From the NCBI GenBank assembly GCA_003558085.1, contig PWMT01000070.1, positions 1 to 21,990 on the forward strand: 21,990 nt of DNA, given 5' to 3'. The notes beneath the pieces are model-generated. The model did not search any database. It saw nothing but the letters and a program-made list of their open reading frames with translations, and had not been told where the DNA came from. Source of the stretch: Methanobacteriaceae archaeon. GTDB taxonomy: Archaea > Methanobacteriota > Methanobacteria > Methanobacteriales > Methanobacteriaceae. A program made the position numbers and the translations under genes. Shown here in pieces: positions 7,703-18,483 of this stretch (the stretch's first letter is position 1; the number at the start of each line of letters is the position of its first letter).

Positions 7703-8158
7703 ATGAAAGGAAGTTATTGTTTAATTATTCATAATAAGAGAGATTCTACCTTAACTATAGGTAAACAAGGAAAAATTGAATTTAAAACCGGCTTCTTTGT
7801 TTATATAGGATCTGCCCTTAATTCACTGGAAGGTAGAATAAAAAGACATATATCCTCCTCCAAGAAAATATTTTGGCATGTGGATTATCTTTTAGCTTCA
7901 CCCCACACCCACCTAAAGGAAGTAATCTATGGGATAAGTCCCCACAAGAGAGAATGTGCTATCTCCCAATTTTTATCCTTAAAAGCTAATAGTATAGCTA
8001 ACTTTGGATCATCTGATTGCCAGTGCCAGTCACATCTATTTTATTTTAAAGAACATGACCTGGCCCAACTAGCTTGCCAGGAATCCTTTAGTAAATTAAA
8101 TTTACACCCAAAATCCTTCAAAATTAGTGAAAATGAGTTTAGTTTTGAAATTTCCTGA
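7703..8158 (+). CDS. DUF123 / Uri-superfamily GIY-YIG nuclease
   Basis: 'KGSYCLII', 'GFFVYIGSA', 'RIKRH', 'WHVDYLL', 'FGSSDCQCQSHLFY'. Confidence 0.9.
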   Translation: MKGSYCLIIHNKRDSTLTIGKQGKIEFKTGFFVYIGSALNSLEGRIKRHISSSKKIFWHVDYLLASPHTHLKEVIYGISPHKRECAISQFLSLKANSIANFGSSDCQCQSHLFYFKEHDLAQLACQESFSKLNLHPKSFKISENEFSFEIS

Positions 8159-8939
8159 AAAACTGGTCAAATTCATCAACCTCCAGCGGTGAAGGTATGC
8201 TAAATTCAGAGTTTTCCCATATGTTCCGGGCAAGTTTACGATAATCTTCAGCTTGATCTGATTCTGGAAATTTCTCCAGGACGGTTTTAGCATCATATTC
8301 GCTTTTTAAAACCAATTCACTTCGGGGTATAACACCAATAACTTTACTACCAATTTTCTGGGCGAACTCTTCTACTATTTCTTCTTCTCTTTCCAACCCT
8401 CGACAATTACAGATTATGCCTCCTAGATTACTCTTTAATTTCTTAATACCTTTAGAAATATTATTAGCAGCGTAAAGGGCCATGTATTCACCAGAAGTGA
8501 CGATGTAAACTTCATCAGCATAATCCTCCCTTAAGGGTACGGCGAAACCTCCGCAAACCACATCGCCAAGTACATCGTATATAATTAGCTCTAAATCATC
8601 CCTAAATATATCAAGCCTTTCCAGAAGACTCATGGCCACGATTACTCCTCGACCAGCACATCCTACACCGGGTTCAGGACCACCACTTTCCACACACATT
8701 ACCCGATTGTAACCTTTAAATACCACGTCCTGGGCCTGGGCTTGTTTATTTTCTTTTAAAATATTCAAAATAGTGGGTAAACGGCCCCCATGAAGGGTGC
8801 GAGTGGTATCAGCCTTAGGGTCGCAGCCAATGACTAGAACCTTATGATGTTCCGTGTAGGCTGCGGCGATATTGGCCACGATAGTGGATTTACCAATACC
8901 GCCCTTACCATAAATGGCTATACTCTTGGTTTTATTCAT
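8139..8939 (-). CDS. cfbC: Ni-sirohydrochlorin a,c-diamide reductive cyclase, NifH-like ATPase subunit (coenzyme F430 biosynthesis)
   Basis: NifH-family motifs 'YGKGGIGKST', 'GCDPKADTT', 'ESGGPEPGVGCAGRG', 'DVLGDVVCGGF'. 266 aa, no nifI/nifDK neighbours, methanogen core context, so group IV NflH rather than nitrogenase NifH. Confidence 0.85.
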   Translation of the reverse strand: MNKTKSIAIYGKGGIGKSTIVANIAAAYTEHHKVLVIGCDPKADTTRTLHGGRLPTILNILKENKQAQAQDVVFKGYNRVMCVESGGPEPGVGCAGRGVIVAMSLLERLDIFRDDLELIIYDVLGDVVCGGFAVPLREDYADEVYIVTSGEYMALYAANNISKGIKKLKSNLGGIICNCRGLEREEEIVEEFAQKIGSKVIGVIPRSELVLKSEYDAKTVLEKFPESDQAEDYRKLARNIWENSEFSIPSPLEVDEFDQFFRKFQN

Positions 8940-9414
8940 CAGATTTCACCATAGCACCGATGATATCTCCTCGAGTAATGATACCCAATAATTTATCCTC
9001 CTCATCAACTACCGGCAGCCGGTTAATGTTATGTTTCTCCATTAGTTCAGCTGCATCCGAAATAGACTTCTCTGGAGTGATAGTTTTCACCTGCTTGGTC
9101 ATGATGGATTGCACCTTCTCTACCGCTGCTTTATTTATCCCTGCTGCGATTTCATCAAATTCATACTTCATACGCACTGGTAATTCAATTAAGTCAAAGG
9201 GTGCTGGTAGAATAAGGTTAAGATTAGGGGAGTGCACTTCCAGAAGCCTTATGATATCCCCTTCTGATAATATACCAATCACCTTATTCCCCTCATCCAC
9301 CACCGGTGCTCCGCTAATTTTATGATCTCTTAAAATTTTAGAAGCTTCACTAATTTTATCTGCACCGTTAAAGGTTATTACCTCTTTTTGCATGGCATTT
9401 CGAATTTGTATCAA
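8932..9414 (-). CDS. CBS-domain pair protein
   Basis: Two CBS repeats ('HKISGAPVVD..GILSEGDI', 'HNINRLPVVD..GIITRGDI'). GGAG SD before a TTG start. Confidence 0.92.
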   Translation of the reverse strand: MIQIRNAMQKEVITFNGADKISEASKILRDHKISGAPVVDEGNKVIGILSEGDIIRLLEVHSPNLNLILPAPFDLIELPVRMKYEFDEIAAGINKAAVEKVQSIMTKQVKTITPEKSISDAAELMEKHNINRLPVVDEEDKLLGIITRGDIIGAMVKSDE

Positions 9415-9574
9415 CTAATCAACTCCTTTTTATAAGATTTTAATAATCAAAGAAAAATTTATCTGAAAATATTTATTCTTTTCTTACTTTAATAAGTATA
9501 AACATTTTAATAGTTCCCAGGCTTCCCTTTAAAATATTAAAGTTTAGAGGAGGCTAACTTAAAAGCAGGATTTT

Positions 9575-10774
9575 TTAAGAGGGAAACCTTCTTTTAACCT
9601 TTTTATAGACTAAATCATGGTTACGAACCCTATCCTCTACCTTTAAACCAATGTTTTCTCCTCGGCTGGCTTTAGAAATAGGGGAACCCTGGATTTGCAT
9701 AGATTCTACTTTTTGGTTTATAGAACCAGTGGTGGGTCCTTGGATGATGATTTCATCATTAAGTTCTAATTGATCCCATAATCTAATCTCCGCGGCCTTC
9801 ACCTGGGGAAAATAATTCACCACTTCACCCACATCCTTTTTAACATATCTAGATTGAGGATGGGTGCTGGTTAAATATGGTTTTTGAAAATAAAAACCCT
9901 GATCAAAACCCCGATTAAATACTTGGCTTAGATCATCTAACCATTCCTCTTTAAAAATCCAATCACCCTTAATATAAGTATCTATGGCTTCTCTATAAAC
10001 CCGGGTTACCTCTCCCACATAATCTGCACCCCGAGCCCTGCCTTCAATTTTAAAGGCATCTACTTGGGCTTCCATCAACTGAGGGATATACTCTATCATG
10101 CACAGGTCCCGTGGACTTATAAAGTGACTTAAATCTTGCTGATCATTATTTAATATTAAAGATTTCCCTTCTTCACTCTCCAATTTCCAGGAATAACGGC
10201 AGGGTTGGATACATTCTCCACAATTAGCATTTTTCTGATAGAGATGATTGCTTAGAAAACAACGTCCAGATATAGCCATGCACTGAGCACCGTGAATGAA
10301 AATTTCTATTTCCAGGGGAGAGTCTTTACTTAAATCTTGGATTTCTCTTAAGGATAATTCTCGAGATAGAATAACCCGCTCCGCCCCTAATTTTTTAAGG
10401 GTGTGCATGGCCTTGCTATTGGAGATATTACCTTGTACTGAAAAATGAGCTTCCAATTGGTTTTCCCGGGCCAGTTCCAGTGCCCCTAAATCTGATACAA
10501 TCAAAGCATCCACTCCCAGCTCAGCAATAACAGGTAATATCTTCTCCAGATATTGCAGGTCCGGGTTTTTCATTAGAGTATTGGTGCACAGGTAAACTCG
10601 AGAATGATGATCATGGGCAATTTGCACTGCTCTTTCTAGATCAGTTAAAGAAAAATTATTGGCATGAGCCCGGAGATTACAACCCTCTACACCTATATAA
10701 ACCGCATCTGAACCATTTTTAAGAGCGGCGGTGAGGGCAATGAAATTACCAGCCGGGGATAAAAGTTCAACCAT
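9575..10774 (-). CDS. U32 peptidase-family Fe-S protein (TrhP/YegQ-like, possibly RNA hydroxylation)
   Basis: 'ELLSPAG', 'GSDAVYIG', 'ILSRELSL', 'EIFIHGAQCMAISGRC', 'GECIQPCR', 'FKIEGR', plus a C-terminal beta-barrel. Confidence 0.9.
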   Translation of the reverse strand: MVELLSPAGNFIALTAALKNGSDAVYIGVEGCNLRAHANNFSLTDLERAVQIAHDHHSRVYLCTNTLMKNPDLQYLEKILPVIAELGVDALIVSDLGALELARENQLEAHFSVQGNISNSKAMHTLKKLGAERVILSRELSLREIQDLSKDSPLEIEIFIHGAQCMAISGRCFLSNHLYQKNANCGECIQPCRYSWKLESEEGKSLILNNDQQDLSHFISPRDLCMIEYIPQLMEAQVDAFKIEGRARGADYVGEVTRVYREAIDTYIKGDWIFKEEWLDDLSQVFNRGFDQGFYFQKPYLTSTHPQSRYVKKDVGEVVNYFPQVKAAEIRLWDQLELNDEIIIQGPTTGSINQKVESMQIQGSPISKASRGENIGLKVEDRVRNHDLVYKKVKRRFPS

Positions 10775-10850
10775 AAAAAAATCAACCTTTACAACTTATC
10801 ACTAAAAAATTAATAAAACTAATTACAGTTCTCTATCCTAAATAGGGGTA

Positions 10851-12254
10851 TTATGCTTGATAAACCAAATCTTTAGGGAGTGTGGTGGGATATTCCTCAT
10901 TAAAACAGCCCGTGCAGAGCCTATCCTGGCCGATACCAATACACTTAACCAGAGAGTCCAGGGAAAGATAGCCTAGTGAATCCACCCCCAGGATCTTATG
11001 AATATCATTTAAGGTATTATTAGCCGCGATTAATTCTTTCTTAGTGGCCATGGCCACCCCATAATAACAGGGAGAAATAATAGGAGGACATCCAATTCTT
11101 AAATGTATTTCTTCCACTCCAGTTTCCTTTAAAACATCAATCAATGCTCTGGAAGTTGTTCCCCGAACAATACTATCATCTACCAACACGATCCGTTTAC
11201 CCTCTAACTCCGATTTTATAGGATTCATTTTAAGTTTAACAGAGGCTTCCCTTTCTCCCTGGGTAGGCATAATAAAAGTGCGGCCAATGTAACGGTTTTT
11301 GATCAATCCCTCCCCATAAGGCAAACCTGAACTACGTGAATATCCAATAGCAGCAGTTATAGCTGAATCCGGTATAGGCATCACTACATCAGCCTCTGCC
11401 GGGAATTGTTTATAAAGTTCCTGGCCAATGTTCAAACGAACCTGATAGACGTTTCTACCATCAATATAACTGTCTGGACGGGCAAAATAAACATATTCAA
11501 ACATACAATGTGCTCTTGGCATATTATGCACATTTTTCATTTTATAAGAATATGTTTTATTATTTAAAAGTATAATCTCTCCTGGTTCCACATCCCGGAT
11601 GAGTTGGGCTCCTATCACATCGAAAGCCACTGTTTCTGATGCAACCATTTTAATATCTCCCTTCTCACCTAAAGCTAAAGGTTTTAAACCCACCGGATCT
11701 CTAACCACATATAGATCATTGTTCACCAGTACCACTAGAGAATAAGAACCTATAAGTTTCTGGGATACTTCTTGAATACATTGAATCATGTCCTGATTCT
11801 TGATATATTCCCGGCTCAACATATGACAGATAACCTCAGAATCAGTGCTTGAACGAATATGATGTCCTTGAGCCTTTAATTCCTCACGTAACTCATGAGA
11901 ATTAATAATATCTCCATTATGGGCAATAGCAATACTTCCACCCTGAAATTCACTGTAAAATGGTTGTGAATTTTCTAAAAGTGACTTGCCTGTAGTGGAA
12001 TACCTTACATGTCCAATACCCACATTACCTTTTAACTTATCCAAGTTTCCATTATTAAAAACATCACAAACCAAACCCATCCCCTGATAGGTTTTCATGC
12101 GCTGGCCATTATGCAGGGAAATCCCAGCTGATTCTTGGCCACGATGTTGTAAAGCATACAGGCCATAATAGAGTGAGTAAGAAATGTTTTCAGAAGTGTT
12201 ATGAGAATATATTCCAACAATACCACATTTATCTTGCACTTTAGATTCTCCCAT
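10851..12254 (-). CDS. purF: Amidophosphoribosyltransferase (Fe-S, propeptide type)
   Basis: 'KCGIVG', '[10 protein letters not shown]', 'GHVRYST', PRPP motif '[13 protein letters not shown]', 'LCTGCF'. Alternative start GTG at 12239 after a GGAG SD. Confidence 0.97.
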   Translation of the reverse strand: MGESKVQDKCGIVGIYSHNTSENISYSLYYGLYALQHRGQESAGISLHNGQRMKTYQGMGLVCDVFNNGNLDKLKGNVGIGHVRYSTTGKSLLENSQPFYSEFQGGSIAIAHNGDIINSHELREELKAQGHHIRSSTDSEVICHMLSREYIKNQDMIQCIQEVSQKLIGSYSLVVLVNNDLYVVRDPVGLKPLALGEKGDIKMVASETVAFDVIGAQLIRDVEPGEIILLNNKTYSYKMKNVHNMPRAHCMFEYVYFARPDSYIDGRNVYQVRLNIGQELYKQFPAEADVVMPIPDSAITAAIGYSRSSGLPYGEGLIKNRYIGRTFIMPTQGEREASVKLKMNPIKSELEGKRIVLVDDSIVRGTTSRALIDVLKETGVEEIHLRIGCPPIISPCYYGVAMATKKELIAANNTLNDIHKILGVDSLGYLSLDSLVKCIGIGQDRLCTGCFNEEYPTTLPKDLVYQA

Positions 12255-12280
12255 ACTTCATAATAAATTATAAAAAAAGT

Positions 12281-13183
12281 TTATTCCCACATGTCCTGGA
12301 ATTTATCCAGTAAATTATCTTCTTCATCTAAATCTTCTTTAATTTCTCCGGATTTAGTTGAATCCATGAAAATTAAAGCAGTTTTAATTACTTTGAGCCA
12401 TTCCAGAGCATCATCCTTGGATTGGGCTGCGATCCATCCTTGCCCTACCATAATATTTGCTGGTTTGAATTGATTGGTGGCAAAGGTAAGCTGCTCATAA
12501 TCAGCTAACTCTTCATCAAAAAGTTCTACCCAGAGTTTTTTAATAGAAAAAACTTCACATAAATTCTTATCCTGCAGTCTATTGTAGAGAGATTCTAAAT
12601 GATTATATTCTGCTTGAATATTATCCAGTTCATCCTTTAATTTTTCAGTTTCTTGCTGTAATTGCTCGGATTGGAGAGAAAATTCTTCCATTTTATTTAA
12701 GAGGGACTGGTTTTCCTGTAACAGTTCTTGGTTTTCCTGGGATAAGGCTTCTAATTGATGATGAGATGTAATATATTGTTCTTCCAGTTCTTTATATTCT
12801 TTAATATTAGTAATGGATAACAGACCCGCTCTAATGATAGCATTTTTTATTTCTTCTGAAATTATGCCTGGTTCTATGTATTCCACATCATGTCCATAGG
12901 GTAAATTCATCCTTTCCAGGTGACCCACCACATCTTTTAGAGAATTTTGAAATTTTTCAGCTAATTCCCTACCAGGACTATCCACATCAGTGGCGATTAA
13001 AACCACATCCGCCCCTTGAACTGCTTTGCGTGCGATTTCAATGCTGGTGGTGGGTATTATGGAAGATATGGTAATATGGTACTCTGCACCTAGAGCCAGA
13101 TCTTGTAGAGCTCTGGAAACATTTTCCACATCAGAAGCGCCTTCTACAATTATTCTAACATCGATAGGTCTTTTATTATCCAT
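12281..13183 (-). CDS. Toprim-domain + coiled-coil protein (COG4026-like)
   Basis: 'DVRIIVEGASD' and 'LIATDVDSPGRELA' Toprim motifs, then a long E/Q/L-rich coiled coil. Confidence 0.85.
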   Translation of the reverse strand: MDNKRPIDVRIIVEGASDVENVSRALQDLALGAEYHITISSIIPTTSIEIARKAVQGADVVLIATDVDSPGRELAEKFQNSLKDVVGHLERMNLPYGHDVEYIEPGIISEEIKNAIIRAGLLSITNIKEYKELEEQYITSHHQLEALSQENQELLQENQSLLNKMEEFSLQSEQLQQETEKLKDELDNIQAEYNHLESLYNRLQDKNLCEVFSIKKLWVELFDEELADYEQLTFATNQFKPANIMVGQGWIAAQSKDDALEWLKVIKTALIFMDSTKSGEIKEDLDEEDNLLDKFQDMWE

Positions 13184-13366
13184 TTATTTCAACCTTTGAC
13201 CGCTTATCTTCTTGTTCTGCCAGCTGTATCTTCTCACTCGTTTTGATTTACCAAAACCACATGAAGAACATACTTTGCGGCTAACATGATAAGAATTACG
13301 ACCACATCTTCTACAGCGAATATGGGTCTTTTTATTTCTTTTACCAAATGAAGGTGTACCTTTCAT
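13184..13366 (-). CDS. rpl37e: 50S ribosomal protein L37e
   Basis: '[26 protein letters not shown]...CSSCGFG' zinc ribbon. GGAGG SD. Confidence 0.98.
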   Translation of the reverse strand: MKGTPSFGKRNKKTHIRCRRCGRNSYHVSRKVCSSCGFGKSKRVRRYSWQNKKISGQRLK

Positions 13367-13503
13367 GATTCAATCCTCCTAAAAAAAGATATGAATGTTC
13401 TAATCTCTAATTTATAGACTCAAATTTTACTTAAAATAAGTTATAATTTTAGCTTAAAAAAATAAACTTATCCTCTTAATTTTCCTATCATTTTTGATTT
13501 TAT

Positions 13504-13839
<336 letters not shown>

Positions 13840-14359
13840 TTATATCCCTGAATTAAGATTATAATCTTACTTTCTAGGTTAAACATTATATTTTCTACTA
13901 AAAAAATAATAATTAATGAACGTTAATTAAAAAGTGCTGAGATTAAAAATCTCCCTAGAAAAAAATTGGTAAGACTAGAGATCAGTCTTTACAAGCATTC
14001 TTAGCAATCAAAAACTCCATAATACTTACAAGACAATTAAACATAGTTGGCGTTCAAATAGAAAGTTTTACTTTTCATAATTTCTAATTAAATCCGGAAA
14101 AGCTCAATATACAATTATTAAGGTTATAAATAAGTTTAAAATTAATTATGATGCAGTTTTCGCACTTAATGGTATGTTTAAGCGAGGGGAGATTAAATGT
14201 TCACCTTATATGATAAAAACTAACTTTTAGGGGGACATTGATTTAATAAACCAGGAGCAATAAAAATATGGCCAGAACCAAATTTTGGGCCATAAAATAA
14301 TAATAGCTAATACTCCCCCAATTAGGGGGAAGCGGATGATTAGATATCAGGTGTTATAG

Positions 14360-14833
14360 TTGAAGGTTAAGAAAAGATACTTTCTGCAGAAAAAGAAACT
14401 TAAAAAAATTGTGGAAGAATTAGGTGATTATTCGGTTTTAATACCTTCAGAGGCCAAAGTGGAGATGGTGGAAGCCGAACCCCACCCCCTGATAATGGTG
14501 GATGAGCAGCCCTTGGTTATGCTCATAGAGGATAAACCTTTTCCCACTTTAAAGGGTGCTCTGACTTTGGATTTAGATAAAAATTATGTGGTGGTGGACA
14601 TGGGGGCGGTGAAGTATATGGCTAATGGAGCCGACGTAATGAGTCCTGGAGTGGTGGATGCTGACCCCCATATTAAAGAAGGAGACACCGTGGTGGTGGT
14701 AGATGAAACACACCATAAACCATTAGCCATCGGTATAGGCCTCATCTCTGGTGTGGAAATGGTGGAGAAAACAAAGGGGAAAGCAGTTAGAACTATTCAC
14801 TATATCGGCGATAAAATTTGGGAAATAGAATAA
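14360..14833 (+). CDS. PUA-domain RNA-binding protein (archaeal MCT-1/Tma20-like)
   Basis: 'PFPTLKG', '[23 protein letters not shown]', 'IHYIGDKIW'. AGGTG SD before a TTG start. Confidence 0.92.
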   Translation: MKVKKRYFLQKKKLKKIVEELGDYSVLIPSEAKVEMVEAEPHPLIMVDEQPLVMLIEDKPFPTLKGALTLDLDKNYVVVDMGAVKYMANGADVMSPGVVDADPHIKEGDTVVVVDETHHKPLAIGIGLISGVEMVEKTKGKAVRTIHYIGDKIWEIE

Positions 14834-14851
14834 TTTGAAGAGGTGCTTTTA

Positions 14852-15547
14852 ATGTTTAAACTACGTTATGAAGCAGGAGATATTATATCCTCTGCAGTAC
14901 ACCAAATCGGAATTCTGGCTCTAGGATCTCATCTGGAAAATCATGGCCCTGCCCTGCCCATCGATACTGATGCTAAAATTGCATCCTACGTTGCCTTAGA
15001 AGCCTCCCTGATTACTGGTGCTAAATTTTTAGGGATTTTATATGCAGCCACCGAGTATCCCTTCATACCCCATGGATTACATATGAATGTGGAGGAACTG
15101 GTGGAGCAGAGATTAAAGCCTACCTTGAACTCAGCTAAAAAATCTCTTAACTTAAAGCAGATAGTTTTAGTAAATGGTCACGGAGGAAATGTACAAATAA
15201 TAGAATACCTGGATAAAATAGAACAGGATTTAGAACTGGAAATTGTCTTTAACAATCATTTAGTCAAAATTGAAGGTCCCCATGCTAGTTCAGGAGAACT
15301 CTCCATAGGCAGCATACTGGGTATAACTAATACTTCCAAATTAGAGGAAAGTTGTGATCTAGCAAAATATCCTGAAGTAGGCATGTGCGGATTTAAAGAA
15401 GCTAGAGAGAAAGATGAAGGGATTGAAAAAGGTGCTCAGTTAGTGGAAGAGAAAGGAACTTCTATGGATCCTAATTTAGGCCGAGCCCTTTTAGATGAGG
15501 CTGTTAAAGACGTAGTTAAAGATGTAAAAAAATTTCTAGACCTATAA
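14852..15547 (+). CDS. arfB: 2-amino-5-formylamino-6-ribosylaminopyrimidin-4(3H)-one 5'-monophosphate deformylase (creatininase family)
   Basis: '[17 protein letters not shown]', 'VNGHGGN', 'EGPHA..GELS', 'YPEVGM'. Start ATG 14852 after a GAGGTG SD (track uses GTG 14843). Confidence 0.88.
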   Translation: MFKLRYEAGDIISSAVHQIGILALGSHLENHGPALPIDTDAKIASYVALEASLITGAKFLGILYAATEYPFIPHGLHMNVEELVEQRLKPTLNSAKKSLNLKQIVLVNGHGGNVQIIEYLDKIEQDLELEIVFNNHLVKIEGPHASSGELSIGSILGITNTSKLEESCDLAKYPEVGMCGFKEAREKDEGIEKGAQLVEEKGTSMDPNLGRALLDEAVKDVVKDVKKFLDL

Positions 15548-15724
15548 ACAGATTACTAAACATTAAACTATCCCTTATACCTAAATTTAAATTCATTTTC
15601 TATTATTTTTAACCTAGGTAGAGAAAAAAATGATTTTTTTTTATAAGAAAAGAAGTTTTTAAATATTATTTTTTTATAGCATCTGTAAAGATTATAGAAA
15701 GATAATATGGTAGGAGGTGATAAA

Positions 15725-15823
15725 ATGGACACCTACACCTACTACCATATTAAAGGGTTTATAGAACCCTTGGTAATCATATTAGTTAGAGGGGTTAATA
15801 AATCTTTATTTACTACCCAATAA
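15725..15823 (+). CDS. Putative 32-aa small protein with a sequestered SD
   Basis: AGGAGGTGAT (15712-15721) precedes the ATG. Product MDTYTYYHIKGFIEPLVIILVRGVNKSLFTTQ. Purine-rich BRE plus TTTAAATA at 15658-15665. No recognisable homology. Confidence 0.5.
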   Translation: MDTYTYYHIKGFIEPLVIILVRGVNKSLFTTQ

Positions 15824-15914
15824 GTATAGAATATTACACTCCCCCTAACTATTTAGAGGCCGATATACTATTTCTAAAACTTAATAAAGAAAGATTTAGA
15901 GATTAATTCAAAAT

Positions 15915-18419
15915 TTAACCTTCTATGGATTTAATCATTCTAGCACATTCTTTAGCCTTTTTAGGTTTACCGATAGCCTGTGCTATTCTTCTAACTGCAT
16001 CCAGCATCCGCACCACAGCATCCAGCCAAGAGAAAATATCGCCAGGGTAGGCCTGGATTTGATAATTACTCATCAATCTCCGACTAATATCCACCGGATC
16101 TAGGCCATTTAATCTACTTTTTATGATTTGTGAAGATAGTTTCTTCTCCATACAATAACAGAAAGGACTCTCCTTACATTTACAGGAGAGGAAATCTATT
16201 TGGATATTTAATACTGGTTCCTGCAAGCCAGGGTCTAGTTTGGCCAGGTTTTCCCCTGAAGAAATGATGTCCAGGGTGGAATCAGCCTGCAGTCTGGTGG
16301 AAAACTTAGTCTTTAAAATCTGAGTTAACTGTCGATGCAGCCTCATGGATAAATAGGCACTGGTGAATGGTTCTAAAAAAGAAGCCATATCCAAAACCCC
16401 TATTTTGGGTTTCTTTTGCAGGTTCTCTTGAATATAATAAGCATCTTCTATCTTGAGGAAAGACTTAGATACTGCTCGTCCTAAATTAGTAGGTTTTAGG
16501 TGATGATCATCTACTTGGATCCAACCATAAGCTTCTATATTTCGCAATGCTTGATCTAAATCCAAGGGTAAGGGTAGGTCTTGATAAAAGTCAGATAGAT
16601 GTTTAGAATCTTTAAGAGCATAAGCGCAGATATCAGCTAAAATTTGCTCCAATGCATCATCTTCAGAATAATAAACATTTACTGGATCAACATCACCCTC
16701 TAATAATTCCACCGCCTTTAAGTCTTCAGTTTCTTCTTCTAAGTTTAAACCAATTTCTGCTAGAAGATAAACCTTCCCCCGGTCATGATAAGTTGGCCTT
16801 CCAGAGCGACCAACCATCTGGGAGAATGCATTAGGGCTGAGCCATTTATTACCCATCAGCAGGGTTTCAAATAGCACCTGTGAGGCCGGAAAATCCACCC
16901 CCGCTGATAGTGCAGCGGTAGTGACCACGGTGGATAGTTCCTGTTTGCTGAAGGATTTCTCAATCCGCTCCTTTTGACTGTAAGATAGGCCCGCATGGTA
17001 GGCTGCTGCTTTGACTTTATGCCGGTTTAAATGTTGGGCAATAAGATGAGTCTTCCTCCGTGAATTAGTGAAGATTATGGTCTGCCCCTGGTATCCCTTG
17101 CTGGATTTTTTTTTAGATTCCTGACGAGATAATTTGCTAAGCAATAACTTTTTTTCCTCCTCACTGCGGGTGAAAATCAGATGACGTTCTAAGGGTACTG
17201 GCCGGTGTTCATATTCCACTAATTTCATTTGAAATTTACCTGCTATTTCTTGAGGATTTTTAATTGTAGCAGATAATCCAATAAGTTGTAGGTGAGGAAA
17301 AATAGTTTTAAGTCGTTTGATCAAACCATTTAGGCGTGGGCCGCGTTCTTCATACTCCAAGGAGTGTATCTCATCAATAACCACCACCCCTAAATCCTGC
17401 AGATGCTCTGATTTACCTGATCGGAGCAGATAATCTATTCCTTCGTAGGTACCCACTACCAGGTCTGTGGTTTTAACATGAACTTCCGGTATTTGGATTT
17501 CTTCCCGGGCCTTTATCCTGCTCCTTCCCACTTTAATCGCGGTTTTAAGGTTCAAGGATGAGTATTTTTTTTTAAAATCCCGGTATTTTTGGTTGGCCAA
17601 GGCTACCAGTGGGGTGAGGAAAATAAATTTCTGCCCTTTTAAGGCTGCTGGTATGCCTGCTAGTTCTCCGATTAAAGTTTTTCCACTGGCAGTGGCTGAA
17701 ACCACCAGCAAATTTTCATCTTCTAGCAAACCTTTTTGGAGGGCCAAGTATTGTACTGGTAATAATTTATCATTTCCCTGCTTCTTCAAGCTCTGTTTAA
17801 ATATTCTAGGAATTTTTAAAGAATTAATATCTATTTCCGGTATGGTTTTATCTTTTAAGGAGGATATGGTATCATATAGGGTGAGCTCTGCATTTTTTAG
17901 TGGATTGAATTTAGGATGCATCACCTCTAATACCTGATCCAGATTACCGGTTTTATGCAGTAAACGTTTAAAATTAATAAAAGTTTTTTTATCCAAACCC
18001 TGATATTCTAACTCTCTTTTTAACTCTTCTTCGGCACAAATACGGCATATTCTTTGCTTATGATGATAATATGAAGATTTAGAAGATATAATTGTAATGT
18101 ATCCTTCCAGGGTGCAGTGTGGGCAGATCTGGGTGCGACGATACTTTATATTCAGGGCATCTAGAAATTGTTCTGTTTGTGCATCCTTACCCACCACGAA
18201 TACGGCCTGCTTTCTTAGAAGTTTAACAGCCTCCTGTGGAGGCAATATATTTTCTTTTTGGTTTTTAACTATGAATCGATTGATCTTAGGTCCCTTAGGG
18301 GTTTCCTTGAACTTAATATAGCCATAAAATTCTGGTTTCCGGCGTGAATTAAGAGCACCCTGGGGACTGCCAATAGGATAAACTTCTCTGATTTTATTTT
18401 TCTTGGTAATAATTATCAT
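15915..18419 (-). CDS. Archaea-specific superfamily II DEAD/DEAH-box helicase (COG1202-like)
   Basis: 'SATASGKT', 'IDEIH', 'LSAT', 'YHAGL', 'TAALSAGVDFPA', 'QMVGRSGRP'. Cys clusters near both ends. Confidence 0.92.
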   Translation of the reverse strand: MIIITKKNKIREVYPIGSPQGALNSRRKPEFYGYIKFKETPKGPKINRFIVKNQKENILPPQEAVKLLRKQAVFVVGKDAQTEQFLDALNIKYRRTQICPHCTLEGYITIISSKSSYYHHKQRICRICAEEELKRELEYQGLDKKTFINFKRLLHKTGNLDQVLEVMHPKFNPLKNAELTLYDTISSLKDKTIPEIDINSLKIPRIFKQSLKKQGNDKLLPVQYLALQKGLLEDENLLVVSATASGKTLIGELAGIPAALKGQKFIFLTPLVALANQKYRDFKKKYSSLNLKTAIKVGRSRIKAREEIQIPEVHVKTTDLVVGTYEGIDYLLRSGKSEHLQDLGVVVIDEIHSLEYEERGPRLNGLIKRLKTIFPHLQLIGLSATIKNPQEIAGKFQMKLVEYEHRPVPLERHLIFTRSEEEKKLLLSKLSRQESKKKSSKGYQGQTIIFTNSRRKTHLIAQHLNRHKVKAAAYHAGLSYSQKERIEKSFSKQELSTVVTTAALSAGVDFPASQVLFETLLMGNKWLSPNAFSQMVGRSGRPTYHDRGKVYLLAEIGLNLEEETEDLKAVELLEGDVDPVNVYYSEDDALEQILADICAYALKDSKHLSDFYQDLPLPLDLDQALRNIEAYGWIQVDDHHLKPTNLGRAVSKSFLKIEDAYYIQENLQKKPKIGVLDMASFLEPFTSAYLSMRLHRQLTQILKTKFSTRLQADSTLDIISSGENLAKLDPGLQEPVLNIQIDFLSCKCKESPFCYCMEKKLSSQIIKSRLNGLDPVDISRRLMSNYQIQAYPGDIFSWLDAVVRMLDAVRRIAQAIGKPKKAKECARMIKSIEG

Positions 18420-18483
18420 AACATAAGGAATTTCACATACTTTTTTTAAAAAAAACTAAATAGACCTCCACTGGCTTAAATTC

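Noticed and set aside
8139-8939. Nitrogenase nifH / nitrogen-fixation locus
   Set aside because: No nifI, nifD, nifK, nifE or nifN nearby. Length and context fit the F430 enzyme CfbC.
9521-9555. Imperfect hairpin GCTTCC(C)TTTAAA/TTTAGAGGAGGC between the U32 and CBS genes
   Set aside because: Needs a bulge and wobble pairs. Consistent with ordinary intergenic structure, with nothing pointing to a specific function.
14336-14362. Pyrrolysine read-through of the TAG preceding the PUA start
   Set aside because: The TTG start has its own AGGTG SD, no pyl genes are in the window, and pyrrolysine is not typical of Methanobacteriales.
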